Below the pieces are notes generated by a model. That model worked only from the letters and a program-made list of their open reading frames with translations. It had not been told where the DNA came from and did no database searches. DNA of 57,030 nt, filler included, from Malassezia furfur (lineage: Eukaryota): assembly GCA_052055015.1 (NCBI GenBank). It is 2 parts of 2 records of this genome, joined end to end, with 100 filler letters (N's around TTAATTAATTAA, not from the genome) between each part and the next. Parts side by side here need not be neighbours in the genome. Positions count along the whole stretch, not along the records: positions 28,636 to 57,030 come from JBQJIT010000111.1; 1 more part is not named here. One strand, given 5' to 3'. The translations under genes were made by a program, and so were the position numbers. Shown here one piece after another: positions 33,395 to 45,065 of this stretch; the first letter of the stretch is position 1, and each line of letters starts with the position of its first letter.

Positions 33395-35176
33395 CTACAT
33401 GCCGCCGGCCACGGGCCGCGCCTCCAGGGCGCGGCGGATATCGGGGTGGAGTGCGCCAAACTGGCTCGCGAGCGTGTCGTCGGCGTACACACGCGCCAGG
33501 TAGCGCCGCAGCTCGCCGACGCCGCGCCCGCTGTACACGCAAAACGACTGGCGCTGGTGCTGGTTGAACTCCTTGGGCGGCGGGCGGCACATGCTCTGCA
33601 GCTCGCTCCGCCGGAACGCGGGCACGCCCGTGAGACTCAGGTGCGTCAGGCGCGGCAGCCGCTGCGTCAGCCAAAAGACGGCCGGCACGGTGATGTTTTC
33701 GCAGTAGGACAGGTGGATGCGCTCCAGCGTCGCGTGGCGCTCCACCAGGCTGTAGAGGGACGCGTCCGTGAGGTTCGCCACGCGCACCAGCCCAATGCGC
33801 CGCAGCTTGGGCAGGTTCGCGGCCAGCTGCACCACACTCGCGTCGGTCAGCTGCACGCAGCACGCCAAGTCGAGGTAGCGGATGCGCGTGCAGTGCTGCG
33901 CGAGGTGCATCACCGCGCGGTCGGTCAGGTTCGTGACGTGCGCGAGGTGCAAGTACTGCAGATTGCGCCCGAGCTTCGCAATCGCATACACACTCTCGTC
34001 CGTGAGCCGCGTGCACTTGGCCAGCGACAGGTTGCGCAGCTTGGGCGCCTGCGCCACAATGCCACGCACCGCCTCGTCGGTCAACAGCGCACAGTTCGTC
34101 AGGTCCAAAATGCGCAGATGGTCGCACACCGCAAACGTCACCGGGCTCGGCAGCACCGGCGGCGCCGCGCCGTCCACGGCGCGCGGCGGATCGCGCGCCA
34201 GGCTGTCGAGCAGCGCCGGCGTGGGGAACGCCGCGTCCGTGAGCGCGGCGCAGTGCGCCAGCTTCAGCTCGCGCAGGATGTTGGCGCGCAGCCACACCTC
34301 GCGCACACTCACGTCGTCGATGCGCGGGCAGTTGACCAGGTCGGCCTCGAGCAGGATGGGACACGAGCGCACCAGCTGCAGAAACGCACGTCCATCCACC
34401 TGCTCGCACTGCCCGAGCTTGATGCGCCGCAGCGACGCGCACTTCTGCGCGAGCGCCACAACACCGGCCGACGTGATCCAGCGGCACCCAGACAGGTTCG
34501 CGCCCTGCAGCCGGGGGCAGTGCTCCGCCAGCACCTGGAGCGTGGCGTCGGTGACCTGCACAACGCCACTCACGTCCACGGCGACGAGCTGGGGGGTATG
34601 ACTCAGGACCCGCGCGAGCGTCGCATCCGTCACCTGCGAGCATCCGGCGAGCGTGAGGCGCTCTAGGCGGTGGCACACGTCCATCCGGCCAAACAGCTGG
34701 TCGTCCAGGTCGCCGGCCAGCAGGCTAAAGTTGAGGCGCCGGACGTACGTCGCGTACGGGAACGATGCATCCGGCTGGATCATCACATGGATCAGCTTGA
34801 ACAAACTCGACAGTTTGTGGAACGATGGGCGGTGCCACAGCAGCTGCACACCGCACACGCACCACCGCCGGCACACCAACAGGCACGCCTGCAGGTCGGA
34901 TTGCGAGCCCAGTACGTAGCGGAAAATGTGCAACAAGATCTCGTGTGGCATGTCCGCGTACGACGAGCTGCTTGCGCCCGGAGCCGCGCGGTCGGCATCC
35001 GCGGCGTCACGCATCAAGTCCTGCGTCGTATGCAGGTCGTAGAATTCGTCCGGCATCGGATCGGACGCCGAGCTCCCCGTCGGCGAACCGGGCGGCGACG
35101 ACTGCGTCGACACATCACGCCCACTCACCGGGAAGATGGGCGAATGGCCCGGCATCGCGCCGGGCAGACCACTCAT
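33395..35176 (-). CDS. GRR1: SCF F-box/LRR protein Grr1
   Basis: F-box (MPHEILLHIF...CLLVCRRW), YVRRLNF, many LRRs, CRPPPKEFNQHQRQSFCVYSG terminus. Confidence 0.92.
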   Translation of the reverse strand: MSGLPGAMPGHSPIFPVSGRDVSTQSSPPGSPTGSSASDPMPDEFYDLHTTQDLMRDAADADRAAPGASSSSYADMPHEILLHIFRYVLGSQSDLQACLLVCRRWCVCGVQLLWHRPSFHKLSSLFKLIHVMIQPDASFPYATYVRRLNFSLLAGDLDDQLFGRMDVCHRLERLTLAGCSQVTDATLARVLSHTPQLVAVDVSGVVQVTDATLQVLAEHCPRLQGANLSGCRWITSAGVVALAQKCASLRRIKLGQCEQVDGRAFLQLVRSCPILLEADLVNCPRIDDVSVREVWLRANILRELKLAHCAALTDAAFPTPALLDSLARDPPRAVDGAAPPVLPSPVTFAVCDHLRILDLTNCALLTDEAVRGIVAQAPKLRNLSLAKCTRLTDESVYAIAKLGRNLQYLHLAHVTNLTDRAVMHLAQHCTRIRYLDLACCVQLTDASVVQLAANLPKLRRIGLVRVANLTDASLYSLVERHATLERIHLSYCENITVPAVFWLTQRLPRLTHLSLTGVPAFRRSELQSMCRPPPKEFNQHQRQSFCVYSGRGVGELRRYLARVYADDTLASQFGALHPDIRRALEARPVAGGM

Positions 35177-35294
35177 GATGCTTCCACCAGGCCACGTCGT
35201 CCTCGCTGCGTGTTGGTCACACACCGTGTGGTTGGCGCTGACTAAACGGCTGCGCGGTGGGGGGGGAAGGGTTGGTTGGCAAGCTCTACCCAGG

Positions 35295-38258
35295 CTATGG
35301 CCGTAGCTCCGCGAGGCGCTCCTTGAGCGACTCGTACGCCTCTTCGTCCTCAAAGCTGTCACGCGTACGCGCAAGGAAGTTGCGCACAAGTGTACGCGCC
35401 TGGAACTTGTGGTCCGGCATCGCCTCCTCGGCGCTCCCAGGCGCCGCGGGGCGGCTGCCAATGTTCTCCAGCGCATCCACCAAGTCGTCTAGCTCGCGCG
35501 CCGCGAGGCGGAAGGCCTCGACGTCCGTCACAACCTCGGTCGAGTCCGAGGCACCTAAGCCGAAGCGGAAACTCTTGATGCGCGCGTCGAGCATCTTGCG
35601 GTATTCACCGCACCAGAACAAAAACTTGGCATAGCTCTGGAGGATGGCCGGATCCGTCGAGAACAGCGGCAGCAGCGTCTGGTCAAACAGGCGCTGCACC
35701 GCAGGGCGCAGCCCATGGCCCTCGTTGGGGTTGTGCACCACACGCCCGCCCGCCGGCGCATCGTCGGCGACCGCGTCCTCCTCCTTGGATGGCGCCCGCG
35801 TCACGGCGTCCACCAGGCGCTGGAGCACGGCGAGGTCCACGATTTCGTCTTTGAGATCCGTGGCCCCGTTCAGGCTCAGCTCACGCGCGCGGATCTCGAC
35901 CACACGCGTGAGTGCACGCGCGGCCTCGTTGAGCATCCCAACGTCCACCGAGATCATCATGTAGTTCGACCAGACGCGCCACGACTCAAACGTATACTTG
36001 AGCGCCACGCCAAGCGCCTTGTGCGCAAGCAGGCGCAGCTCGTAGCCGGTCGTATCCGAGGGGCGTGCATCGCCCTCGTCGTCCGAGTCGACATCGATCC
36101 CGGAATCCTGCGCCGTACTCCCGCTGTGGATGCTCGATACGTCGTCCTCGTCGTTCTCGAGCACCTTGTCGAGCTGGCTCACTTGCGACTGGTGCATGCG
36201 CAGGTAGCAGCTCGCGAGGTTGTTCCAGCTCTCGCCGTCCTCTTCCTCGAGCGCGGTGCACTTGCGGAAGGACGCGGCGGCTTCGAGCCATTGCTCCTGG
36301 CGCATGTAGGCGCACCCCAGCATGAACCAGCTCCGCGAGAAGACCGCATTGATGCGCACCGCCCGCCGCAGCCACTCGATCGCCGCGGGGAAGTTTTCGG
36401 ACGCAAAGTAGAAACCGCCCAGAGACCGCGCGGCACGCGGCGACGACGACTGCGATACCTCCCATGCACGCAGATAGTGGTCGCGACACGTCTCTGGCTC
36501 CAAGTCGCCCAGCAGACACCACAACTTGCCTGCGCGCGCGCGCGCAAAGCGCCCGGCGCGCACCTGGTTCGATGTGTTTGCCATGCGCTTCTGCTGCAGC
36601 TGCACGTCTGCCTCGAGCTTGCGTCCTTCGAGCAGGTCGCGCAGCACCTCGATGGCCTCCGTCTGGCGGCCCAGCAGGCCGAGGCACTGCACCACCTCTT
36701 CCCACAACTCGACACGCTCAAAGATTTCCAGAGCACTGCGCAGCACACCGAGCGACACAAACCGCCGCGCAAGCTCGGCCTGCATCTCCCAGCGCGCAGG
36801 CAAATCGAGCGCGTGGAAGAAGCGTAGGCGCTCGCGCAGACTCGAGTCCGCCGTGGGCATCTGGTCGATAAGCGCCTGCAGCTGCAGCGCGGACCGCTCC
36901 ACGGTACGCGTGCGGTTCGCCTCGAGCCGCGAACGCAACAGCAGCGCCATGGTATGCACACTCCAGTTAAGCGGGTGCGTCAGGATACGGTCCACAAACG
37001 CGCCCATCTGCTCCGCGGTCAGCCCGTGCGCGGGCTGGGTATTGTGGATATTGAGGCACAGCGCAAGCAGCGTGCACTGGTCGGTCACCGCCAACGGCGG
37101 CTGCGCCCCGGGTTGCAGGTGCGCCAATTTCCCCTGTGCCGCGTCGGGTGCCGTCGAGGTAAACTTGGTCTGCTCCAGCAACGTGTCGTCGTTCAGTAAA
37201 TAGGTCGCGGGCTGGTGCTCGACCTGCGTCGCAGGGTCGATGCTCGCCTTCCAGCCGAGGTTGTCGGACTGGGCAGGCTTTTCGCTAGGCGCCGAACCGG
37301 ACGACGTCTCCTCAGAGCGGTCCGACCCAGCCTCGCGCGACTCGGCGAGCAGCACCAGCTGTGTCTTGTCCTCTTTTTGGAACTTGGTGCGTTTGCCAAG
37401 CGCGCCCGTCAGCTCGTATGCAAGCCCATTCGCCTTGGCCGCGTCGACAAGTAGTTCGGACGCCTCACGGTCCATCCCCGCCCGCTGGCAAGCCAGCGCC
37501 ACCTCGAGGATCGCACGGCTTTCGAGGTTTTGCCAGACATTTTTCGCAGAGGGATCAGAATCTCCGCGTGCATGGCATTCGGCGGCCAGCGCCTCGACGC
37601 GCTTGAGTGTGTCGGTTTCGTACGCGACGTTCTCGTCCAAAATACGACGGTGCACCTCACTCGCACGCAGCTGCCACCATGGCAGCGTAACAACCTGCTC
37701 GTATGCACGCATCGCTTCGAGTGCACGCAGCAGCTCGAGCGAAAAGACGAGGAAGAATGGCGCGTCGCTCAGATGATACACGGGCTCACCATGCTTCGTG
37801 AGCAACTCAAGGCACGCAGCGTGCACCTGACGGCCATATTCTTCATCTGCATCCTCATCCGCATCCACCGAACGCGGAGGAAATAGGCTGGGCGCGCTTG
37901 CGCGCAGCAGCGTGGCAGGCTCCACGTCCAAGTTTGGGCCCGTCCAATTCAGCTGAACAAACGCGTGCAGAGACGCAATTGCGACACACAACGCGGTGAA
38001 AGTGTCGTCTTCCTTGATCTGAATCGTGCGGCTGTACCATGCTTGTACCTCCTTGCCTTGATCCGCCACCGTCGCGCGTGTCAATGACTGCAGGCGCTCC
38101 GCAACTTGCGCGAGCCATGCGCGGCTCGGCGCCGAGCGAAGAATCGCAGCAAACTCGCCCTCAATAACCTGTTTTGCTAATGGATGCACATCAACATGTG
38201 TAGCTCCTCGTATGAGCTGCCATTCGGCATGATCGGGCGTAGTCCACGTCGTTGCCAT
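35295..38258 (-). CDS. EMW1: TPR protein Emw1/TTC27
   Basis: FVQLNWTGP, LTGALGKRTKFQ, NWSVHTMALLLRSRLE..RTRTVER, multiple TPRs (ESWNNLAS). Confidence 0.85.
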   Translation of the reverse strand: MATTWTTPDHAEWQLIRGATHVDVHPLAKQVIEGEFAAILRSAPSRAWLAQVAERLQSLTRATVADQGKEVQAWYSRTIQIKEDDTFTALCVAIASLHAFVQLNWTGPNLDVEPATLLRASAPSLFPPRSVDADEDADEEYGRQVHAACLELLTKHGEPVYHLSDAPFFLVFSLELLRALEAMRAYEQVVTLPWWQLRASEVHRRILDENVAYETDTLKRVEALAAECHARGDSDPSAKNVWQNLESRAILEVALACQRAGMDREASELLVDAAKANGLAYELTGALGKRTKFQKEDKTQLVLLAESREAGSDRSEETSSGSAPSEKPAQSDNLGWKASIDPATQVEHQPATYLLNDDTLLEQTKFTSTAPDAAQGKLAHLQPGAQPPLAVTDQCTLLALCLNIHNTQPAHGLTAEQMGAFVDRILTHPLNWSVHTMALLLRSRLEANRTRTVERSALQLQALIDQMPTADSSLRERLRFFHALDLPARWEMQAELARRFVSLGVLRSALEIFERVELWEEVVQCLGLLGRQTEAIEVLRDLLEGRKLEADVQLQQKRMANTSNQVRAGRFARARAGKLWCLLGDLEPETCRDHYLRAWEVSQSSSPRAARSLGGFYFASENFPAAIEWLRRAVRINAVFSRSWFMLGCAYMRQEQWLEAAASFRKCTALEEEDGESWNNLASCYLRMHQSQVSQLDKVLENDEDDVSSIHSGSTAQDSGIDVDSDDEGDARPSDTTGYELRLLAHKALGVALKYTFESWRVWSNYMMISVDVGMLNEAARALTRVVEIRARELSLNGATDLKDEIVDLAVLQRLVDAVTRAPSKEEDAVADDAPAGGRVVHNPNEGHGLRPAVQRLFDQTLLPLFSTDPAILQSYAKFLFWCGEYRKMLDARIKSFRFGLGASDSTEVVTDVEAFRLAARELDDLVDALENIGSRPAAPGSAEEAMPDHKFQARTLVRNFLARTRDSFEDEEAYESLKERLAELRP

Positions 38259-38437
38259 CGTGGGAGGGGCCGATGTTGCGTTGCGCCCAAAAAAAGTTCT
38301 ATCGAAGGCTCTAGACTCCACTTGGTTGTCCACACGGCCTCCACTAGTACACCTTGCCGCGCCTCCACAAGTGAGCACGGCGCACAGACACCCTCGGCCA
38401 GTCGAGGCGAACGTGGGTCCTCAGGGGCCATGCCTCA

Positions 38438-39076
38438 CTAGCGTCCCTGGCTCGGATTCATAAGTGGGCAAGCAAAATGCACGGCACGGGCTGGACGCTC
38501 TGGGAGAGCCTGGAGGCTCGGTGGACGCGACACCCGCATAGGTAGGCCGAAGTAATCGTCATCTTCGTTGGAGCGAATATCTTCGGGGATATCCATGGGT
38601 GCCGGTCGACCAGGTGGGGGCGTTATAGGAGGGAGCGGCCGTGGTGGTAAAGATGATCTGCTGCTCGGCCGCGGAGTCAGGGGTGTTTGAGGGGTGTATG
38701 GACGGAACACGGTGGGTGTTGGCGGTCCTGAAGAACCATGTAGCGACGGCGTAGATGGGACAGGTCTAGGTGTACCTGGTGACGTGTTCGCCAGCATGCC
38801 CCACCGTGGCGAGTGTTTGGGTGTGCGCGGGCTGGCTCGTGGGGTTGTGGGCGTGGAAGGCTCTGGCGCTGCAGATTTTTTGGGCCGCCCTAGAGGCTTA
38901 GAGGGGCGTTTGGCGTCGGTGCGCCGAGCCGATCCCCCCAAAAAGCGATTTACCTCGCTTACCCATTCATCCATAGCCCGCTGCGTTTCGCTGGGGTCGA
39001 GCTCATCGTCGCTCCAGACGCTTACCGGCTCGTCGGGCTCGTAGGTAGGGAGTGCTAGGTGTGTAGGCACCCGCAT
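38438..39076 (-). CDS. Pro/Ser/Thr-rich hypothetical protein (212 aa)
   Basis: ATG-initiated ORF filling an otherwise empty 640-nt slot; no recognised domain. Confidence 0.55.
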   Translation of the reverse strand: MRVPTHLALPTYEPDEPVSVWSDDELDPSETQRAMDEWVSEVNRFLGGSARRTDAKRPSKPLGRPKKSAAPEPSTPTTPRASPRTPKHSPRWGMLANTSPGTPRPVPSTPSLHGSSGPPTPTVFRPYTPQTPLTPRPSSRSSLPPRPLPPITPPPGRPAPMDIPEDIRSNEDDDYFGLPMRVSRPPSLQALPERPARAVHFACPLMNPSQGR

Positions 39077-39442
39077 TGTGGCCGCATCTGACCCATTTTT
39101 TGCGCGTACATTATAAACGCTATGGAGGGGATCGGTGCATTACTCACAAAGATTCATTGTCGATCCGAATTCGCGGTTCCACCTCGCGAGGCGACTGTGC
39201 CAACAGACGGAGAATAAACGTAGAATGACATCATTTAATGGTCAAGAACCTGCCGCACCTGCATTTGACCTGCAGCCTTCCACGTTGGACCTGCATGGCA
39301 CCATGCGTCTTAGAACAATTACGTAAGCATACCCTATCGTGGGCCCACGGTCGACCGGCCCAAGCACATTCGGGCCATCCCGAAAGGTATTTAAGGGTCA
39401 CACGGACCGTAGTGGGATCTCACCTATTACGAAGAACCCAAA

Positions 39443-40414
39443 ATGCCCGCTCAACCCGTGTCTGCTAGTGGTGTCACCAAGGGTAACATCTCGACCCAGA
39501 AGGTGAAGCTTAACAACGGCACCGAGATCCCCCAGGTTGCTCTGGGTGTGTACAAGGCGCCTAACGACGGCACGACCGAGCAGGCCGTCAAGTGGGCGTT
39601 TGACGCCGGCTACCGTCACATTGACTCGGCCGCTCGTTACAACAACGAGGAGGCTGTTGGCCGTGCTCTGAAGGAGTGGACCCAGGCGAACGGTGTTCCC
39701 CGCGAGGAGATCTACATCACCACGAAGCTCTGGGATGCTGACCAGCGTAAGGCGGCCGAGGCCATTGACGAGTCGCTGCGCAAGCTGCAGCTCGACTACG
39801 TTGACCTCTACCTCATCCACTCGCCCGAGCCTGGTTCGGACTCGTTCATCGAGGCGTGGAAGGCGATGGAGGCGGCCGTCGACGCTGGCAAGATCAAGTC
39901 GATCGGTGTGTCGAACTTCGATGCCGAGCACCTCGACGCGCTGCTTCCCAACGTGCGCATCAAGCCGGTGGTGAACCAGATCGAGTCGCACCCCTTCTTT
40001 GCGCACGAGAAGCTGCGTGAGGAGACGCTCCAGCGTGGTCTCCAGATCGAGGCTTACTCGCCCATGGCGCAGGGTGCCGCCCTCGACCGTGACGAGATCA
40101 AGGCGATCGCGACGAAGCACAACAAGACGCCCGCGCAGATTCTGCTGCGCTGGGGTCTGCAGCTGGGCAACATTATCCTGCCCAAGTCGCTTACCAAGCA
40201 CCGTATCGAGGCCAACGCCCAGCTGTTCGACTTTGAGCTCGACAGCGACGACATGGACGTGCTCAACAACCTTGACGAGGGTATGAAGATGGGCAAGCTT
40301 GGCCCGCCCGGTACCTCGGCTCCTGCGTCGCCTGGTGCGACGCGTCCGGGTTCCCGCCGCTCGTCCGCCACGGGTGGTCTTGCCGGCAACAAGCTGCAGA
40401 TGAGCAGCAGCTAA
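39443..40414 (+). CDS. Aldo-keto reductase
   Basis: GYRHIDSAARYNNE, ITTKLW, LDYVDLYLIHSP, IGVSNF, NQIESHP, ILPKS; strong codon bias. Confidence 0.95.
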   Translation: MPAQPVSASGVTKGNISTQKVKLNNGTEIPQVALGVYKAPNDGTTEQAVKWAFDAGYRHIDSAARYNNEEAVGRALKEWTQANGVPREEIYITTKLWDADQRKAAEAIDESLRKLQLDYVDLYLIHSPEPGSDSFIEAWKAMEAAVDAGKIKSIGVSNFDAEHLDALLPNVRIKPVVNQIESHPFFAHEKLREETLQRGLQIEAYSPMAQGAALDRDEIKAIATKHNKTPAQILLRWGLQLGNIILPKSLTKHRIEANAQLFDFELDSDDMDVLNNLDEGMKMGKLGPPGTSAPASPGATRPGSRRSSATGGLAGNKLQMSSS

Positions 40415-40589
40415 ATGCTCTTTCCATAGATGCATGATACCTTAGTTGTTTAAGGCAGACTACTTCGGGAATCGCGCCAGGAAGCTGGACGCGCCGTGCG
40501 CCGTGCGGGGAGTGTGCCCGTCTGTGCGCCGACGCCGCGTGCTTTGCCGCACGTGACTGCCATTGCGCGTGGGTTTGCGACCGAACGGT

Positions 40590-43157
40590 ATGTCGAGTAG
40601 CGCGGCGAAGGCCGAGATGGCCGGCAGTGATGCGGACGCAACCCGCAAGTCCGACACCGACATGGAGTCGTCCGCAGTGATGGAGTACCTGCGTGCGCGT
40701 GGGTTTGGCAAGGCGCTCGCGGCGATGCAGGCCGAGATGGAGGCGACCGCCAAGGGCGCCTCGTCGGAAGACGCGGTCAAGGCGCGCGAGGCGCAGTTTG
40801 GCAGTCTGGTCGTGGGCGTGGACGAGATCGCGAGCAAGAATGTACCGCGCGATCCGCGCGACAAGGACGCGCCCGAGACGGGCCCAAGCAGTGCACTGGA
40901 GCAGGCGGGTGCACAAGCCTTGCTCTTGGACCCGACTGACACCGCGCGTGGCTTTGCCATGATTAAGACGTGGTGCGGCGGAAGTCTGGACATTTATCAG
41001 CCCGAGCTGCTGCCGTTGCTTCTTCCGCTGTTTGTGCACAGCTACTTGAACCTGGTGGACATGGGTCTCGGCTCGGCCGCCGAGGAGTTTTACGCAGCGC
41101 ACGCGTCCTTCTTCTTACCGATCCACTCGGAGCTGCTGTCGCATCTGCGCTCGCTCGGTCTTCCATCGCAGATTGCGACGGATGAGCTGGCGCAGCGTTT
41201 CCGTACGGAGCGCTACGTGCTCAAGATGTCGCCCAACGTGTTTGGCCTGCTGATCGGCTGGCTGACCGACGGGACGAGTCCTGTGGGCTTTGCCGGGATG
41301 GACGAGTCCGCCGTGATTGACAATATGCTGGAGCCGTCGCGCCGTGGGCGCGAGGCGATGCTCAAAATTATCAACGAGCGCTGTCGTCTTCAGGTGCTGC
41401 GCTCGGCGCTCTTCCAGCTCGACCCGTCGGAGCTCGAGGAGGGCACCGGTCTCACGGGCGCCGGCCCGAGCTTCTCCAATGCGGCGAACGCGTCGCAGTC
41501 GCGCATTCATGCGGCGCTCAGCGCGCAGGCCGTGAGCGAGACCGACGCGATTGCCGAGTTCAACTCGCGGGCTGCTGGGCCGGTGCTCAAGCTGCACCCC
41601 CGAATCCCGCTGGCCGAGGATTTGAAGGAAGAGGTCGATCACATCCTGCGCGAGGAACAATCGCAGGCGCGCACGCAGACGCAGCCCACCAAGTCGGCGA
41701 CGCCCGCGCCGGGCGACGCAGAGGAGCGCAGCGAGGGCACTGCGCCCAAGTCGCGCTCACAGTCGCTGGCGCCCAGCGCACGCGAGGGCAGCGCCGCTGT
41801 CGAGGAGGCCACCGAGGCGACGCATCCGCCGGAGGCGGACCCGAGCGCCGGGCTGCACGAGGCGACGCTGGCCGACCTGCCGCCGCAGCCATCGGCGTTC
41901 CGCACCGTGGACCTGCTGCGCGAGGTCGAGCGGGTGCGCGACGCACGCAAGTGCCTGCGTATTGACCCTAAGCTTGCCCCGGAGCCTGCGTCAGCGACGG
42001 GCGAGGCCGCACAGCACGCGACGCTGTGGCCCGGCGTGCCGCGCACCGTCGGCCTGCCGAGCGTGTGTATGTACACCTACTACGATGCCGAGGACGGCCT
42101 GACGTGCTCCAAGACGTCGGAGGACCTCACACTGATGGCCGCGGGCTTTGAGGAGAGCTACGTGCAGCTGTGGAGTCTCAAGGGCGAGCCACTCCAGGAG
42201 CTGCAGAGCGACTTTTCGCTTTCGGCGATCCGCGACCGCCGCTCGCTCAACAAACACCGCGAGCCGTTCCCGTACTCGACGCGCAAGCTCGTGGGGCACA
42301 GCGCGCCCGTGTACGGCGTCGCGTTCGACCCGGTCGGCGGGAGCGCCTCGCGTCCGCGGCACCTGCTCAGCTGCTCGGCGGACGGCACCGCGCGGCTCTG
42401 GAGCCTGGACACGTACGCGGCGCTCGTCGCGTACCGTGGGCACCAGTACCCCGTGTGGGACGTGACCTGGGGCCCGCTCGGGACCTACTTTGCGACCGCA
42501 AGTGCGGACCGCACCGCGCGTCTGTGGAGCGCGGAGCGGATCAATCCGCTGCGCATCTACGCGGGGCACCTGTCGGATGTGGACTGCGTGCGCTTCCACC
42601 CTAACTCGCTCTACCTCGCCACTGGCTCGTCGGACCGCACGTGCCGGCTGTGGGATGTGCAGCGCGGCGCGTGCGTGCGCTTGTTTGTGGGGAGCCAGTC
42701 GCCGATCTCGTGCGTGCGCATCAGCAGCGACGGACGCTACCTGGCGTCGGCGAGCGCGGGAAACACGATGGGCGCGTTCGCACAGGCGACGGGCAGCGCC
42801 TCGGACGACTACTCCATCTCGCTGTGGGACATGGCGAGCGGGCGGCGCATCAAAAAGATGTGGGGCCACACGGGCACCATCCACGAGATGGACTTCAGCG
42901 CAGACGGTGCCGTGCTCGTGACCGGCTCCGCAGACGCGACGGTGCGCTGCTGGGACGTGCGGGCCGCGGGGCAGGACGCCGCGCCGACGCACGAGCCGAG
43001 CAACGCGTTCCACGGCGACGCCCGCGACGCGCGGACCAGCTCGGACTGTGTCGCGACCTACCACACTAAGGCGACGCCCGTGTACGACATCCACTTCTCG
43101 CCGCGCAACTTGTGCCTGGCAGCAGGCGTGCACGCCCCGGCCGGCACGGCCCCGTAG
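40590..43157 (+). CDS. TAF5: TFIID/SAGA subunit Taf5
   Basis: LisH-like VMEYLRARGF, NTD2 (PLFVHSYLNLV), WD40s with LRIYAGHLSDVDCVRFHPNSLYLATGSSD. Confidence 0.95.
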   Translation: MSSSAAKAEMAGSDADATRKSDTDMESSAVMEYLRARGFGKALAAMQAEMEATAKGASSEDAVKAREAQFGSLVVGVDEIASKNVPRDPRDKDAPETGPSSALEQAGAQALLLDPTDTARGFAMIKTWCGGSLDIYQPELLPLLLPLFVHSYLNLVDMGLGSAAEEFYAAHASFFLPIHSELLSHLRSLGLPSQIATDELAQRFRTERYVLKMSPNVFGLLIGWLTDGTSPVGFAGMDESAVIDNMLEPSRRGREAMLKIINERCRLQVLRSALFQLDPSELEEGTGLTGAGPSFSNAANASQSRIHAALSAQAVSETDAIAEFNSRAAGPVLKLHPRIPLAEDLKEEVDHILREEQSQARTQTQPTKSATPAPGDAEERSEGTAPKSRSQSLAPSAREGSAAVEEATEATHPPEADPSAGLHEATLADLPPQPSAFRTVDLLREVERVRDARKCLRIDPKLAPEPASATGEAAQHATLWPGVPRTVGLPSVCMYTYYDAEDGLTCSKTSEDLTLMAAGFEESYVQLWSLKGEPLQELQSDFSLSAIRDRRSLNKHREPFPYSTRKLVGHSAPVYGVAFDPVGGSASRPRHLLSCSADGTARLWSLDTYAALVAYRGHQYPVWDVTWGPLGTYFATASADRTARLWSAERINPLRIYAGHLSDVDCVRFHPNSLYLATGSSDRTCRLWDVQRGACVRLFVGSQSPISCVRISSDGRYLASASAGNTMGAFAQATGSASDDYSISLWDMASGRRIKKMWGHTGTIHEMDFSADGAVLVTGSADATVRCWDVRAAGQDAAPTHEPSNAFHGDARDARTSSDCVATYHTKATPVYDIHFSPRNLCLAAGVHAPAGTAP

Positions 43158-43180
43158 CTTGTACAACTAGTTCCCAGACA

Positions 43181-44814
43181 CTATCTACGCGTGTCGCCCA
43201 GCACAGACACGATGCTCGCGCGCACAATGTCTGCGGCGCGCGCGACCTCGCCGTCGTCGAGCTCCGAGGTGACCGCTACACGCAGGCTCGGCCGGTCGTT
43301 CCCCTCGACGAGCGCCACATCGGGGCGCACACACCGCAGCCGGCGGTCGCGCACCAGCATCACGCCCTGGTTCAGCGCATTTTTGACAATCTTGCGCAGC
43401 AGCTCCTCTTGCTCCTTGTCGCTCAGGTCGTGCGGCACGGCTCCAGTCGCACTGCGGACCTGCAGCGTGCCCGACTTGGGCGCGTGCTTGCTCCGAATCT
43501 GCACGTGGATCAGCGCACTCTTGGGCGCACTGGGGATCTCGATGCTCCCGATGCGATCGAGCACGCTGCGGATCTTGTGAATGTTTTTCTGCAGGTTGGT
43601 TATGCGGTACGGCTGCGTGGTGAGCAGCTGCATCGCCGTCGTCGCGCCGTTTGCGACCATCACGGGCATGGCCGCCGAGAAGATGAACGACAGACCGTTG
43701 ATGCGCTGGTGGCGCACCGCAAACGCCGTCGACGCACAGAACCCGCCGCCAGCACCAAACGCAACAGCCATGTTGCCAATGATGAAATCAATGTCGTCGG
43801 GGTCCACGTTTTGGTACTCGGTCAGCCCACGGCCCGTCTTGCCCAGCGTGCCGATGCTGTATGACTCGTCCAAAAAGATGCGGAACTTGAAACGCTTGGC
43901 CAGCTCGACAATCTTGGGCAGGTCCGAGATCGCACCGTCGCTCTCAAACAGACCTTCGGTCACGATAAAGCGCCGGCGCAGCGGCACCTGGTCTTTGAGC
44001 TGTGTCTGCACGCGGTGCAACACCGCCTCCAGCGACGCCGTGTTGTTGTGCTCGTACCAGTAAATCGTACTGCGCGACAGCTGCAGCGCACACTGGATCG
44101 CAAAGTTGACCCCGGAATCCGCCACAATGATGTCGCCGCGCTTGCAAAACGCGGGGATGGCACCCGAAATCGTGCTGAAGCCCTGCGAATAGATAATCGA
44201 GTCTTCCTTGCGCACAAACTCGGCAATGCACTTTTCCAGCTTCATATGCATGTCGCTCGTACCGTAGAATCCGGGCGCCGAGCAACTGCCCACACCATAC
44301 TCACGCAGAATGGACTGTGCCTGCGCCGTCATCTCGGGCGCATTGACCATACCCGTGAAGTTGAAGCTCGCCAGGTTCAGCACGTCACGCGGCTGCGTCC
44401 CAGAAAGCTCAGGGGCCGTGACCTTGACGCGCGGCCCGGAGTGACCCACCATCATCGGAATCTCGTCCAGATCACGCTGCTCCGTGGCACTCAGCGGCTC
44501 ACACAGCGGCTCGGGGTGGAATTCCTTGACCAAATAGTCGATGTCCTGGCGTGAGCCACACCACCTACCTTTTCTTCCAGCTGAACAAAGTTGCTCGTAT
44601 TCTGGCCGCTGCGTGTGCGGTTTTGCAAAATGGTGCGCACCGCAAAGATGAGCAATGCCAGCTCCAGCAGCGACCGAATAGGGTCGTCTTGGTAGCTGCT
44701 CGCAATGTAGCGCATAATGATGTCCCGGCCAGGGATCATGCGCAGGAAATCCATCCCATATTGCGCAAGTGCTGAAACCGGGTCATGGAAGATCTGTGGT
44801 TCCTGCTCAACCAT
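43181..44814 (-). CDS. LCB1: Serine palmitoyltransferase subunit Lcb1
   Basis: YGVGSCSAPGFYGT, PAFCKRGD, VTEGLF, DESYSIG, VRHQRING.SFIFSA. 23-nt intron 44546-44568. Confidence 0.93.
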
Positions 44815-45065
44815 ACTGCTCGTCGTCGCGCGGGCCGTCAGAAGACTAGCGTCGGTGCGGGTGGAGACCAGATGACGCGGATTTAATCGCCCTGTAGGTT
44901 GCGCGACCGCTCGCCCGAACGCGCTGCCGTAAGCCGTTGGGAACGCGCCAACTGACGCGTCCGCGTGCCTAAATGCGGCCTGAAGGTCCGCGCCCCTGGT
45001 TTGTGTGAGTGTGTGCATCTATTGTATGTCGCGTCTCACACGCTACTATGTAGACAACGCGCTAT

